In this document: piece by piece, positions 36,951-50,719 of the stretch | Numbering within the stretch: the first letter of the stretch is position 1 | Layout of the letters: every line of letters begins with the position of its first letter | DNA from: Eledone cirrhosa | Taxonomy: Eukaryota | Direction of reading: 5' to 3' | NCBI GenBank assembly: GCA_964016885.1 | Contig: OZ024749.1 | Coordinates: 26,970,001 to 27,034,000, forward strand | Length of the DNA: 64,000 bases | Position numbers and translations under genes: made by a program | Notes under the pieces: model-generated | What the model saw: only the letters and a program-made list of their open reading frames with translations | Database searches by the model: none | What the model was told of the DNA's origin: nothing

Positions 36951-38351
36951 TGATCATCATCATCATCATTTCATTTTACGTCCACTTTTCCCTGCTTGCA
37001 AGGGTGGGACGGGAACTGATTCTGGCTTGATTTCTACAGCTGGATGCCCTTCCTAACACCAACCACATTTACAGTGAGTGCTGGGTGCTTTTTTGCCGTG
37101 GAACCTCCATGACCACTTTGCAGTGGAATGATATGGACCCCAGTCCCTATCATCTCATTTCTACAGCTGAGTAAACTGGAGCAATGTGAAATAAAGTGTC
37201 TTGCTCAAGGAAACAACACATCACCCAGTCTGAGAATTGAACTCACAACCTTTCGATTGCAAGGCCAATGCTCTAACCACTAAGCCATGTGCCTCCATAT
37301 GATATAACTATAATATACCATAAAGGGTAATATTTTCTCTGCCGTATGATACATCAACTGATTTTGTTTATTTTTACATTTGATTATGTCACGATGTGTC
37401 ATCTGATTACCCTATCTGATGTTACACTTTTACGGGGTGTGTACACACACACACATATATATGTATGTGTGTATGTATATGATAGTATGTTTATCCCTTT
37501 AGCATTTACATTACTCTATATATACTATTGTATTTTCATGGTAAACACTTTATCTCACATAATGTTAAATGTACGAGATTTTGATATTTATTTTGAGAAA
37601 AATCCTTAACCCTTTAGCATTCAAACCGGCCGTATCAGGCCAGAAATGTCTCACCTCTTTCTGTTCAAATCGTCTATAACTGGCCACTCATACTGATGTT
37701 AAGGTATTGTTCTCAAGATAAATAACATCAAAATCTCATAGATTCGATATTATGTGAGATAATTATGTAAGTTAAAGTGTTTACCACCAAAATACAATAG
37801 TATATATATATAGTAATGTGAATGCTAAAGGGTTAACATAAGTACAAGTGACCAGCTATGGCCGGTTTGAACGGAAAGAGGTAAGAAAATTCTGGCTGGA
37901 TATACTATGAATAGCATAAATTATCATATTACTAAATTCCTTAAAAATCTTGATTATTTTCAAAACTAGAATTGTTTCCCATATGCTGACGTCTATGTGT
38001 ATATGTGTGTGCATGTGTATATGTGCATATGCATACATTTATATGTATGAGTATATAAATATAAACGCACAAACACAGACATACTTACAAAAACCTTCCT
38101 TCCTTTTACACACACATACATTCACGCAGGCAGCACATGTAAAGAGAGAGGAGTAGTATGAGGTAGTCAAACAACTCCTCCCTCTTTACGTGTTGTGACA
38201 GAATCGCAGAAATTTATATATAGATTATTTGAAAACCGAACAAATACTGTAAAGCTTTTTTCTCCAACACTTATAATAGGTGGAATGAACTGCTGTGAGT
38301 TCAAACTCTGATGAAAGAGAAACTGATTTAGTCTTGAAGTGTTTTCCTTAC

Positions 38352-38415
38352 CTTTGATTTTGCAATATCTGCTGTGTAGAGGGCATCAATGTCTCCCATC
38401 AGATACTCTGACACA
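38352..38415 (-). CDS. ARHGAP45: RhoGAP exon D: VSEYLMGDIDALYTADIAKSK
   Basis: gtctag| ... |gtaagg, 64 nt, phase 2->0. Matches the VSEFLMGEVD family motif. Confidence 0.92.
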
Positions 38416-39312
38416 CTAGACAACAACAAGAAGAGAAATTACTGTAGCGGGTAAAATACAATAGTTGTAAGGTTAAGGTGGCCAACACTTATCCCAGTGT
38501 CCTTGACATTAAGCAACTGAGAATTCGAGATTTCCCCTGGACAGGACACCAGTCCATTGCAGAGTTAAACCTCCAGCTGCTGCTGGTACTTATTTTTAGC
38601 TGAGTATACTGGAACAATATGAAATGAAGTATTTTGCTCAAGAACACAACACAAAACCCAGTCCAGTGACTGAGCATTCCACAGACAATTGTACACTTAA
38701 CGTATTTCTCAGGGAGATTCAGCATGACACAAAATGTGACAAGGCTGGCTCTTTGAATTACAGGTACAACTCACTTTTGCCAGCTGAGTGGACTGGAACA
38801 TGAAATAAAGTGTCTTGCTCAAGAACACGACGTGCCACCAGGAATCGAACTCATGATTTTACGATTGTGAGCCAAATACCTTAACCATGAAGCCACGCAC
38901 CTATATATATATTAGTATATATAAATTACGCATTAACTAAAATACTAGAAGATAACAATCTTGTATATTTCACTTCTTCCACAATATTTTCAATAAATAA
39001 TCTTTATTATCAATCTTAATATTCTGACATTCCAGGAGAATATTTCTTTAAATTGTGCCAATAATATTATCATTATTTACATTTTACAATTATTTACAAT
39101 TATTTAGAATAATTAAATATTCATTAATAATATTATTATTGGCAGAAAAGGTAGAGGGCGGCAGCCACAAAGTAGAATGTGTTTCGGCATTATATTTATA
39201 TCACTCTGATGATGATGCCTTAAAATTCTGAGTTCTAATTTCAGAGTGTCTGACTGAGGCTATCATCCTTCTGGTGTGGATAAAATAAAGTACCAGCCAT
39301 GTACTGGGACTA

Positions 39313-39730
39313 TCATCATCATTATCACCATTTTACATCCATTCTAGCATGGGTTAGACAGGTTGTCCTGCTGTGGGCAATGCCAGGTCAAGTGACCATG
39401 TCTTGCTCATACAGAACTGATTTTGGCTTCATTTCTACAGTTGGATGCCCTGCCTAACACCAACCTTATATACAGTGAGTATCTGGGTGCTTTTTTACCG
39501 TGGCACCTACACGACCACCTTACAGTGTGGGCTGGGTGCTTTTTTTGTCGTGACACCTACATGACCACTTTACAATGGAAGTGGGTGGGGGCATACTGTC
39601 TATATGCTTCAGTTTTGGCTTGTACCCGTGGGAAGTCGGAACTTCTGTATTACTGCGTAACGCCAGAGGTCTCAGTCCTATGTCATCACCTTTGAGAGGT
39701 GCAATTGGGCAAGGTCAGCTTTTATCACCA
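39313..39730 (-). mobile_element. RTE family 2 3' fragment (older copy)
   Basis: Homologous to 42530-42960. Confidence 0.8.
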
Positions 39731-41088
39731 ATATAATTAATTGTTCCATCCTCTACATCAGAGATTCTCAAAATATTTGAGCCACCATCCTCACCTCACG
39801 TCCATGTAATACCCCTAGCACCCCCCCCCCCCCAAATTTCCAGAGACCTACCTAAATGCAAATTGTAAATAATATATAATAAATAAAATCGTTAATTTAC
39901 ATATGATAAATCATAATTGTTTCTACTTTTGGCACAAGGCCAGCAATTACCCAGTACATTACTGGTACTTTATTTTATCGATGCCGTAAGGATGAAAGGC
40001 AAAGTTAACCTCGGCGGGATTTGAACTCAGATCATAAAGGGACGTAACTATGCTTCAAAGCATGGTGTTACGTCCCTTTATGATCTGAGTTCAAATCCCG
40101 CTGAGGTTAACTTTGCCTTTCATCCTTACGGGGTCGATAAAATAAAGTACCAGTAATGTACTGGGTATTTGCTGGCCTTGTGCCAAACGTAGAAACAATT
40201 ATTATTATTATTATTAGGTTGGTGGATTGGCAGTATCGGTAGAGCATTGGACAACATGCTTCGCGGCCTAAAGTTATTCCCCTTTACATTCTGAGTTCAA
40301 ATCCCGTCAAGGTTAGATTTGTTTTTCATCCTTATGGAGTCAATAAAATAAAGTACCAGTAATGTAATGGGATCAATTTAATCAATTTTCCCCCTGCCCC
40401 TCAAAAAATTTGCTGGCCTTGTGCCTAAATCCGAAACCATTATTATTATTACTATCATAAAATTAAGTACCAGTAACACACTGGGGCCAATTCAATCAAC
40501 TTTCCTCGCCTCAAAAATTGTTAGCCTTATACCTATTATTATAAAATAAAGGGTGGTGGATTGGTAGAGCATCAGACAACATGCTTTGTGGCATAGTTAC
40601 GGCCCTTTACGTTCTGAGTTCAAATCCTGCCGGGGTTAGCTTTGCCATTCATCCCTACAGGGTCGATAAAATGAAGTACCAGTTCCGCACTAGGGTCGAT
40701 TTAATCAACTTCTCTCTCCTCCCCAAATTGCTAGCCTTATACCTAAATTAGAAACCATTATTATTATAAAATAAAGTACCAGACAAGTACTAAGGTTGAT
40801 CTAATCAACTTTGCCCTTCACCAAAATTTGCTGGCCTTCTGCCCAAATTAGAAATTATTATTACAATTATTATTATTATTATTATTAATTATTTTGTTTC
40901 CAAAAATTTCATATTTGGCTGAATTAACTGAGGTATTTTATCAGTGACTTATCTCAAGAAAACATGTTTTCAATTGTGGAAACATTAATTAGATGTTAGG
41001 TGTTAATTAATTAAAGGTGTGTACATTACAGAAATGTCTAAAAGAATGGGTTAAATTCCAAACAATAAACACTTCTAATCCTCTAGAT

Positions 41089-41250
41089 CAGAGTTTCCGA
41101 AACTTTTTCAAATGCATAACGCTTTTTGGTTCAGAAACTTTTAGGGGAGCCCTAAATTCTTATACTGTTATATGGTCACAATATAAATATACTTCTCTAC
41201 ATTTTCATAGAACCCCACACACACCTTTGTGGAACACTTGGGAGCCACTG
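41089..41250. mobile_element. hAT MITE with an 8-bp TSD
   Basis: cagagtttcc...ggagccactg. TSD ctctagat on both sides. Confidence 0.8.
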
Positions 41251-41387
41251 CTCTAGATTCTGAGTTCAACTTTGCTACCCTCCTGGGTCTATAAAATATA
41301 GATTTCTAACAAAGAAAAAAATAGATTCTTGATTCTTACTTTTTGATTTTAACTTGTGAGTGTGTGTATATGTATATTTCTGTTTAC

Positions 41388-41419
<32 letters not shown>

Positions 41420-41757
41420 TTTTCTTTACGTTGTATAGTTTCACTAATTGGTAGCTGAGTTTGTCATCCAGTCATTCCAATACGCAGGCCATGATGTAAT
41501 AGGCAAACAGAAGTCATTGGAATCTGGCCTTCACATATTTTTCATTTAGATATCCATATGTATATATATATATATATGTATATATATATCTATGTATATA
41601 CATATATACATATATATATACATATATATATACATATATATATACATATATATATACATACATATATACATACATATATATAGACATATATATATACATA
41701 TATATATATATATACATATATATATACATATATATATATATATACATATATATATAC

Positions 41758-41800
<43 letters not shown>

Positions 41801-42456
41801 TGGCTGCCAACTCGTTTTCGAGTACGGCCACTACTTTATATCCATGTAGGAGAACCCCTACCGATGCACTGAACAAGTGTGACATTTTAGTCCAGCCAGC
41901 GACTTGAAAACTTTGGTACAAACACTACACTTGTGACAATTATTGACACATAGTGCTGGGCCCATGCTATCATGTGACGACAAGTGCAGAGAGATCTCCA
42001 GATATAAAGCAATGCCTGTGCCGTGAAGCTTTTATAGTGAGCAAAGGCACTGCACAAAGCCAGTCCCACTCTCTTAACCAAGATGATATTTACCAAAAAG
42101 AAGAACAAGTCAACATCATTGGATACCATCAGGGTTGCAGGTGTTATATCAGAGTTTTCCTTCTCCTAGAATTCTGCCTTGACAAAGGCTAAGGGCTCAT
42201 CTCTCCCAGTGATTTTGGATTGCCATTGACTCTTAAGAGCTCCTTTGCCCTTTGACAGGTTTTTTTTATATATATACATATATATATACATACATATATA
42301 TATATACATACATATATATATACATACATATATATATACATACATATATACATATATACATACATACATATATATATACATATATATACATATACATATA
42401 TATACATATACATATATATACATATATACATACATACATACATATACATATATACA

Positions 42457-42492
<36 letters not shown>

Positions 42493-42529
42493 TATACATA
42501 TATATATACATATATATATATTCATATAT

Positions 42530-43652
42530 ATCATCATCATCATCATCATCATCATCACCGTTTTACGTCCGTTCTTCCACGCTAGCATGGGTTAGACGGG
42601 TTGTCCTGTTGTGGGCAGTGTCTGGTCGGCTGACCATGCCTTGCTCATACAGGAACTGATCTGGCTTGATTTCTACAGCTGGATGCCCTTCCTAACACCA
42701 ACCTCATTTACAGTGAGTGCTGGGTGCTTTTTCGTGGCGCCTACACGTCCACTTTACAGTGTGGGCTGGGTGCTTTTTTGCCGTGGCACCTCCACGACCA
42801 CCTTGCGGTGGGGGGGGGGGGGGGGGCATATTGTTTATATGCTTCAGCATGTACCCATGGGAGGTCGGGTACCCTGTATTACTGCGTGACACCAGAAGTC
42901 ACGGTCGTGTGTCATTGACTTTGAGAGGTGTAGTTGGGTAAGGTCGGCTTTTATCACCTCATCCCAAGTCATCTTGGGTCTCCCCACTCCGCGGTTTCCA
43001 TCAACTTCTAGTGCTCTGCACCTTTTTATGCAGCTGTCATCCTTCATACGCATCACATGTCCATACCAGCGTAACCGCCTCTCCTGCACGCAGCATTTGA
43101 TTCCTCTTATGCTCAGTCTCTCTCTCAATTCATTTATGCTTTGTCGTTCACGTATATTACTGTTACACATCCATCGGAGCATGCAGGCTTCGTTTCTCTC
43201 TAATCTACGTAAGTCTTCCACCTTCAGCGCCCAGGTCTCACTACCATGCAACATCGCTGTTCGGATACACGCATCATACAGTCTGCCTTTCATTCTGAGG
43301 GAGAAGCCTTTTGCAGCTAGCAGTGGTAGTAGTTCCCTAAACTTCTTCCATCCCGTTCTTACCCTAGTTATTGTACTTTCTGAGCACCCACCTCCGTTGC
43401 TAATTCGGTCACCTAGGTAGCAGAAGCTGTCTACTGTTTCTACAGGGCCCTCCCAGAGATTGGTGGTACTTGTTTCCTGTGGCTGTTTGCTTGCTGTTTC
43501 AGCACAGCTGCTGCATGTGAATCCTACATTCTTAATTAAGCTTCCTGAGATCCCGCTACATCTCTTGTGTACCCATTGTTTGCATTTGGGGCAAAGAATG
43601 GAGTTCCTACCTACACCTTTCCTACATACTGAGCAAGGCCATTTCCCATATA
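42530..43652 (-). mobile_element. 5'-truncated RTE LINE family 2 (RT C-terminus with PHD-like Cys insert, 3' UTR, (GAT)n tail)
   Basis: Translation KWPCSVC...WVHKRCSG...FCYLG...MLHGSETW...RRLRWYGHVMRM...GRPK.TW. Confidence 0.92.
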
Positions 43653-43724
43653 AACATATATATATATTCATATATATATATTCATATATATATACATATA
43701 TATATATTCATATATATATACATA

Positions 43725-44375
43725 TCATTATCATCGTCATCGTCATCGTTTAACGTCCATGTTCCACGCTTGCATGGGTTTGGACGGGAGTTTTCCCACT
43801 TGAGACAAGAGTGGTTGTCATTGCTCGCATAGGACTGTCTGGCGGGTTTTCTACAGCTGGATGCCCTTCCTAACACCAACCACATTTACAGTGTGGGGCT
43901 GGGAGGTTTTTACCGTGTTACCTACACGGCCACATTACAGCGTGGACTGTGTGTTTTTTTGTCGTGACACCTACACGATCTCATTTGTTTCGGCCTGGAT
44001 GTTGTGGCACCAACATAACTTTACATTGAAAGGGGTGGTGTGGATATGGTGGGGGTAGTGGGACGGAGGTGTATTTTGTTAGAGGTGCCTACTGACTGTA
44101 GTAGGTTTCACTTTGTATTTAGGTAAGGCGGGTCTTCTCTATTACTGTGTAGCGCCAAAGGTCTCGGTCCAGTGACATTGTTTTGGAGAGGTGTAAGTGT
44201 GTGAGGTCGGAATTTATCAAGTCATCCCAGGTTTTTCTGGGTCTGCCTACTCCGTGGCTACCGTCTATCTTTATTGCCCTGTACTTTTATATACAGCTGT
44301 CGTCTTTCATGCGCATCACGTGACCATACCAACGTAGTCTTCTCTCGAGTAAACAACATCTGATCCCTCAGTTCG
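43725..44375 (-). mobile_element. 5'-truncated RTE LINE family 3
   Basis: RT C-terminus plus 3' UTR, homologous to 44588-45145 and 62105-62737. Confidence 0.88.
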
Positions 44376-44587
44376 TTTATGTATATATATACATATGCAT
44401 ATATATATATATATATATACATACGCATTTTTATATATACACACACACACATATATACATATGCATGTATATACATACGCATTTTTATATATACATACAC
44501 ATATATATACACACACATATATACATATGCATGTATATACATATGCATATATATATATATATACACACACACATATATGTATATATA

Positions 44588-45141
44588 CATGAAAGTCGAT
44601 AGCTGTATAACAAAGTGCAGAGCAATAAAGATAGACGGTAGCCACGGAATAGGCAGACCTAGAAAAACCTGGGACGAGCTGATAAACTCCGACCTCACAC
44701 ACTTACACCTCTCCAAGACAATGTCACTGGACCGAGACCTTTGGCGGTACTCAGTAACAGAGAAGACCCGCCTTGCCAGTAGGCATCTCTAACAAAATAC
44801 ACCCCGTCCCGCCACCACCCCCACCCCATCCACACCACCCCGTTCTATGTAAAGTTATGTTGGTGCCGCGCCATCCAGGCCGAAACAAATGAGATCGTGT
44901 AGGTGTCACGACAAAAAAACACACAGTCCACGCTGTAATGTGGCCGTGTAGGCAACACGGTAAAAACCTCCCAGACCCACACTGTAAATGTGGTTGGTGT
45001 TAGGAAGGGCATCCAACTGTAGAAAACCTGCCAGACAGTCCTATGCGAGCAAGACAATCACTCTTGCCTCAAGTGGGACTACCCCCGTCCAAACCCATGC
45101 AAGCGTGGAACACGGACGTTAAACGTTGATGATGATGATGA

Positions 45142-45145
<4 letters not shown>
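44588..45145 (+). mobile_element. 5'-truncated RTE LINE family 3, inverted relative to its neighbour
   Basis: Translation MKVDSCITKCRAIKIDG..GRPRKTWDELI, with a (GAT)n tail. Confidence 0.88.
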
Positions 45146-45178
<33 letters not shown>

Positions 45179-45612
45179 CATACATCACCTTTTTACGTCC
45201 GTTCTTCCATGCTAGCATGGGTTAGACAGGTTGTCCTGTTGTGGGCAGTGTCTGGTTGGCTGACCTTGTCTTGTTCATACGGAAAGTGATTCTGGCTTGA
45301 TTTCTACAGCTGGATGCCCTTCCTAACACCAACCTCATTTACAGTGAGTGCTGGGTGCTTTTTTGCCATGGCACCTCCACGACCACTTTGCAGTGGAATG
45401 ATAGGGACCCCTAGTCCTATCATCTCATTTCTACAGCTGAGTAAACTGGAGCAATGTGAAATAAAGTCTCTTGCTCAAGGAAACAACACATCACCCAGTC
45501 CGAGAATTGACCTCACAACCTTTCGATTGCAAGCCCAATGCTCTAACCACTAAGCCATGCACCTTCACATATACATATATATACGCATATATATACACAC
45601 ACATATATATAT

Positions 45613-45661
<49 letters not shown>

Positions 45662-46287
45662 TATACATATATATATATATACACGTACACATTTATATAT
45701 ATACACATACACATTTATATATATATATATACACATTTATATATATATATATACACATTTATATATATACACATTTATATATATACACATTTATATATAT
45801 ACACATTTATATATATATATATACACATACACATTTATATATATATATATACACATACCCATTTATATATATATATACACATACCCATTTATATATATAT
45901 ACACATACACATTTATATATATATACACATACACATTTATATATATACACATACACATTTATATATATATATAGATATATATATACACATACACATTTAT
46001 ATATATATATATATACACACTCATACACACACAGGAGATGACGAAGGACCGTGACAAGTGGAGAGATGCTGTGCTGAATAGGACCCGTCCAACCCTTGCA
46101 AGCGGGGAAAAACGGACGTAAAATGATGATGATGATGATGATGATAGTAGTACTGGACTGGACTGGCACTATATCGACCTTGAAAGTTAGTCCCAACACG
46201 ATTTAAACTCAGAACACTAATTTGACACCCTAATGACTCTGCCAATCCACTACCTTAATTATACATTGTACTAAAGATAACATAAGA

Positions 46288-46612
46288 CAAAGGTTCTCAA
46301 AATGGAAGCTACTGCCCCCACCAGAGGGGGCCTAGAAAAGGTCCAGGGGAGTTCTGGGTGGTAGAAATGATATAATAGTATATAAATATCAATTGGTATA
46401 TACGATATATAAATACAGTAAAGTAAAAAATATATAATATTTATTTATACAGAATATATATTATATTATCATATAAAATTAATGATTTTATCTATTATAT
46501 ATCATTTACAATTTGCGTGTAGGCAGATCTCTCTGGATCCAGGGGTGGGGGCAACTGAGGGTATTATGTGGCCGTGAGGGGTGCAGTGGCCCAAAACATT
46601 TGAGAACCTCTG
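46288..46612. mobile_element. hAT MITE with an 8-bp TSD
   Basis: TIR caaaggttctcaaa / tttgagaacctctg. TSD acataaga on both sides. Confidence 0.88.
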
Positions 46613-46654
46613 ACATAAGATATTGGTTGACAATAAATAAAGTGTTTACCATAC

Positions 46655-46742
46655 CTGCTGCTAAAGGCTAAAGCTAGTTTATCAATACAGTCACAGAAAC
46701 TTTGGCTACCACCAGAATTGATGGTACTTTCATAATTGTAAT
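46655..46742 (-). CDS. ARHGAP45: RhoGAP exon C: YNYESTINSGGSQSFCDCIDKLALAFSS
   Basis: ttccag| ... |gtatgg, 88 nt, phase 1->2. Matches family ...LE.IA.AFSS. Confidence 0.9.
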
Positions 46743-46759
46743 CTGGAAATATATAGATT

Positions 46760-47663
46760 TATATATAATGAAAATTGATATATATATATATATATTAAAT
46801 TATATATATAATAAACATTGATATAAATATATTAAAATATATATATATATAATGAAAATTAATACACACATTAAATTATATATATATATAATGAAAATTA
46901 ATACACACATTAAATTATATATATATATATAATGAAAATTAATACACATTAAATTATATATATATATATAATGAAAATTAATACACATTAAATTATATAT
47001 ATATATATATAATGAAAATTAATACACACATTAAATTATATATATATATAATGAAAATTAATACACACATTAAATTATATATAATGAAAATTAATACACA
47101 CATTAAATTATATATATATTTAATGAAAATTAATACACACATTAAATTATATATATATATATATATAATGAAAATTAATACACACATTAAATTATATATA
47201 TATATAATGAAAATTAATACACACATTAAATTATATATATATATAATGAAAGTTAATACACACATTAAATTATATATATATATAATGAAAATTAATACAC
47301 ACATTAAATTATATATATATATATAATGAAAATTAATACACACATTAAATTATATATACAATGAAAATTAAAATATATTGAATTATATATATAATTAAAA
47401 ATTTATACATATTAAAATATATATATAGTGAAAATTAATACACATTAAATTATATATATAGTGAAATTTGATATTTATATATTAAATTATAAATATAATA
47501 AAAATTGATATAATATATTTTATTATATATATTATTGAAAATCGATAGACATTAAATTATATATATCATGAAAATTATATATATCATGAAAATTATATAT
47601 ATCATGAAAATTATATATATCATGAAAATTATATATATCATGAAAATTATATATATCATGAAA
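46760..47663. repeat. AT-rich minisatellites (about 39-bp aatgaaaattaatacacacattaaat(ta)n and 18-bp tcatgaaaattatatata)
   Basis: Seen directly. Confidence 0.9.
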
Positions 47664-47664
47664 A

Positions 47665-49030
47665 TCTGCCTGGGAAGAGTACAACAGATGCCCTCTTCTT
47701 GGTGAGACAAATGCAAGAGAGGTTCTTAGAGAAGAATAAGCCACTATACTTAGCCTTTGTTGACCTAGAGAAGGCCTTTGATAGGGTACCCCGATCTATC
47801 ATCTGGTGGTCCCTAAGGAAGCTGGGTGTTGAGGAATGGCCTGTGAGGACAGTGCAAACTTTGTACAGAGGTACTCTCAGTAAAGTCAGGGTAGGAATGG
47901 AGTTTAGTGAGGAATTCCAGATACAAGTAGGAGTACATCAGGGTTCGGTCCTCAGCCCGCTCTTGTTCATTATAGTCCTCCAAGCCATAACAGAGGAGTT
48001 TAAGACTGGCTGTCCATGGGAACTTCTCTATGCTGACGATCTGGCTCTTATGGCAGAATCAGTAGAGGAGCTAGAGAATAAATTCCGGCTATGGAAACAG
48101 CAGTTGGAAGCAAGAGGACTGAGAGTAAATCTAGCTAAGACAAAAGTGTTGATGAGTAGAAAAGAGGACAAAACCCTGATTCCGTCAGGGAAATGGCCAT
48201 GTTCGATATGCAGAAAAGGAACTGGCATAAATTCTATAAAATGCACACAATGCAGGTCCTGGGTACACAAGAGATGTAGCGGGATAGCAGGCAAACTAAC
48301 AGGTAGGGAGAAATATGTATGCAGTAGATGTACAGGGAAATTAGACAGTAGAAGTCGCACTGATAGACACATTTTTCAAATGCGAGAGAGCGCTATAGAA
48401 GTGGTGGATAGCTTCCGGTACCTAGGACATCAGATTAGCATGGGAGGAGGGTGTTCCGAGGCCATAGTATCTAGAATAAGGACGGGTTGGAAGAAGTTTA
48501 GGGAGCTGCTTCCTCTGTTGACGAAGAAGGGTTTCTCCCTGCGTACGAAAGGCTGGTTGTATGATGCCTGTGTGAGGAGCGCGATGCTGCATGGTAGTGA
48601 GACATGGGCAGCAACCGCAGAGGATATGCGACGGCTGGAGAGAAATGAGGCAAGCATGCTCCGTTGGATGTGCAGTGTAAATGTGCATGAACGACCCAGC
48701 ATAAATGTGTTGAGAGAGAAACTGTGTCTGAGAGGGATAGAATGTAGTGTACGGGAGAGGAGACTGAGGTGGTATGGACGTGATGCGCATGGAGGATGAC
48801 CGATGGGTGAAGAAGTGCCAGGAAATGCCAGTTGAAGGAAGACGTGGTAGAGGTAGACCACGAAAAACATGGGCAGAGGTGGTGAGAACAGACCTCAGAT
48901 CATTGAAGCTCACAGTGGAGATGACGAGGGACCGTGACGAGTGGAGAGATGCTGTGCTGAATAAGACCCGTCCCACCCTTGCAAGCAGGGAAAAGCGGAC
49001 GTAAAATGATGATGATGATGATGATGATGA
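47665..49030 (+). mobile_element. 5'-truncated RTE LINE family 1 with RT domain
   Basis: Motifs FVDLEKAFDRV, GVHQGSVLSPLLF and LLYADD. Frameshift near 48780 and a (GAT)n tail. Short 3' pieces also at 46030-46145, 28912-28960 and 62773-62825. Confidence 0.95.
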
Positions 49031-49439
49031 TTAAATTATATATATAATTGTTTCTATTTTTTTGGCACAAGGACAGCAATTACCCCAGTGCATTACTGGT
49101 ACTTTATTTTATCGACCCCGTAAGGATGAAAAGCAAAGTTAATCTCAGCAGGATTATATATATAATGAAAATTAATATATATTGAATTATATACATAATA
49201 AAAATTAATATCTATATATTCAATTATATATATAACAAAAATTGATACCTATAAAATTATAAATACTGAAAATTAATATATATGTATTAAATTATACATA
49301 TAATAAAAATTTATATATATTATATATAATTAATAATAACTGTTTCTACTTTAGGCACAAGGCCAGCAATTACCAGTACATTACTGGTACTTTATTTTAT
49401 CGACCCCGTAAGGATGAAAGGCAAAGTTAATAATAATGA

Positions 49440-49866
49440 AAATGATTGTGTACAGAGCTCAGGTGCACTACAACTTGTCAAAGGTGCATGTATATTACAT
49501 AAAATAATGTATAAATGTCAGGAAAGGGAATAGTGTATGAGTCTTGATATACACACAAACATACACACAGCTGCATGCATGTGTGTCTATGGAGAAAGAA
49601 TATCAGATGTAATGTTGGCAAATTTCAGGAAGCATGGAATTTTTTAAGGATGCACTGTCCTGACAGTTAACAACTGATGCAGGTAGTTTGTTCCAAAAAT
49701 GTTTCTGAAAGTCATGGGAGCTGTACTGTTTTCTGATTGTGTAGGCATGTCCATGGGTGTTAGACACATGGAATTCAAAAAGGTGCTCAGGGTTGTTGTT
49801 GTTGTTGGAAAGTTGGTTAATAATTTTGTGGGTTTTGTGGGTGTCTACCAAGTCAGCTGCCAACAC
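49440..49866 (-). mobile_element. CR1-like LINE 3' fragment
   Basis: Translation HKIINQL...THGHAYTIRK...WNKLPASVVN. Confidence 0.7.
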
Positions 49867-50719
49867 AGCTATATGTGTACATTAAAATATACATAACACT
49901 GCTATATGTGTACATCAGTATACACCCAATACATCAAAATATACCTAACATAGTTATCTGTGTAGTTTAATACACACCAACCACAATCAAGGACAGCCAA
50001 CAGCCACTAGAAATATTTCTGATTTATAAGTCCAGGCTGCAATACTGCACCATTGCACCACCAGACAATTGACCCCTACATGTCAGACTGCAGTTTAATC
50101 ATCATTTAATTGGTGACATGATATATCTCGGACAATAGGGCTGTCTAAGGGCCACACCTTGTCCATCCCCAGACAACCTACTCAACATTGCACCTCTGCA
50201 CAATTGACCCCTCCACCTCAGAATGTGCAGTATGGTTGTCATCTTGGTGGTGGCATGATATAAGTAGGACAATAGGGCTGTCTAAGGGCCACACCATGTC
50301 CTTCACCAAACAACACTGCACCTCCAAATAAATCAACCTTGCACGTCAGAGTGTGACGTACAATACAATCATGCTGTATACAGATACATGGAGTATCTGT
50401 AGATCACACACACCCTTTCAGCTCTCTGTCTCCATAACACTGCACCTCCTTATATTTGCTATACACACACACACACACACACACACATGTATACATACAT
50501 ATGTACATACTTACATACATATATATGTACATAGACACGTATGTATACATCATATATGAGCCACACCCGAGTCATGTTGCCTGACTACAGTTACATATCA
50601 ATAACAAAGGTTTTCCATGTCACATTTTATGAACAATACCTTTGTTTGGCAATAAGTTTTCAATGAGCCACAAGGCACTCGCAGCTCCACTGGCCCATAA
50701 ATGAGCTACTTACAGCTCC

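Noticed and set aside
38308-38330. CTGATGA...GAAAC as a hammerhead (also at 52870 and 53918)
   Set aside because: No stem II or stem I pairing.
41514-42659. Tyr/Ile/His-rich ORFs here and throughout the track
   Set aside because: Translations of (TA)n/(CA)n microsatellites.
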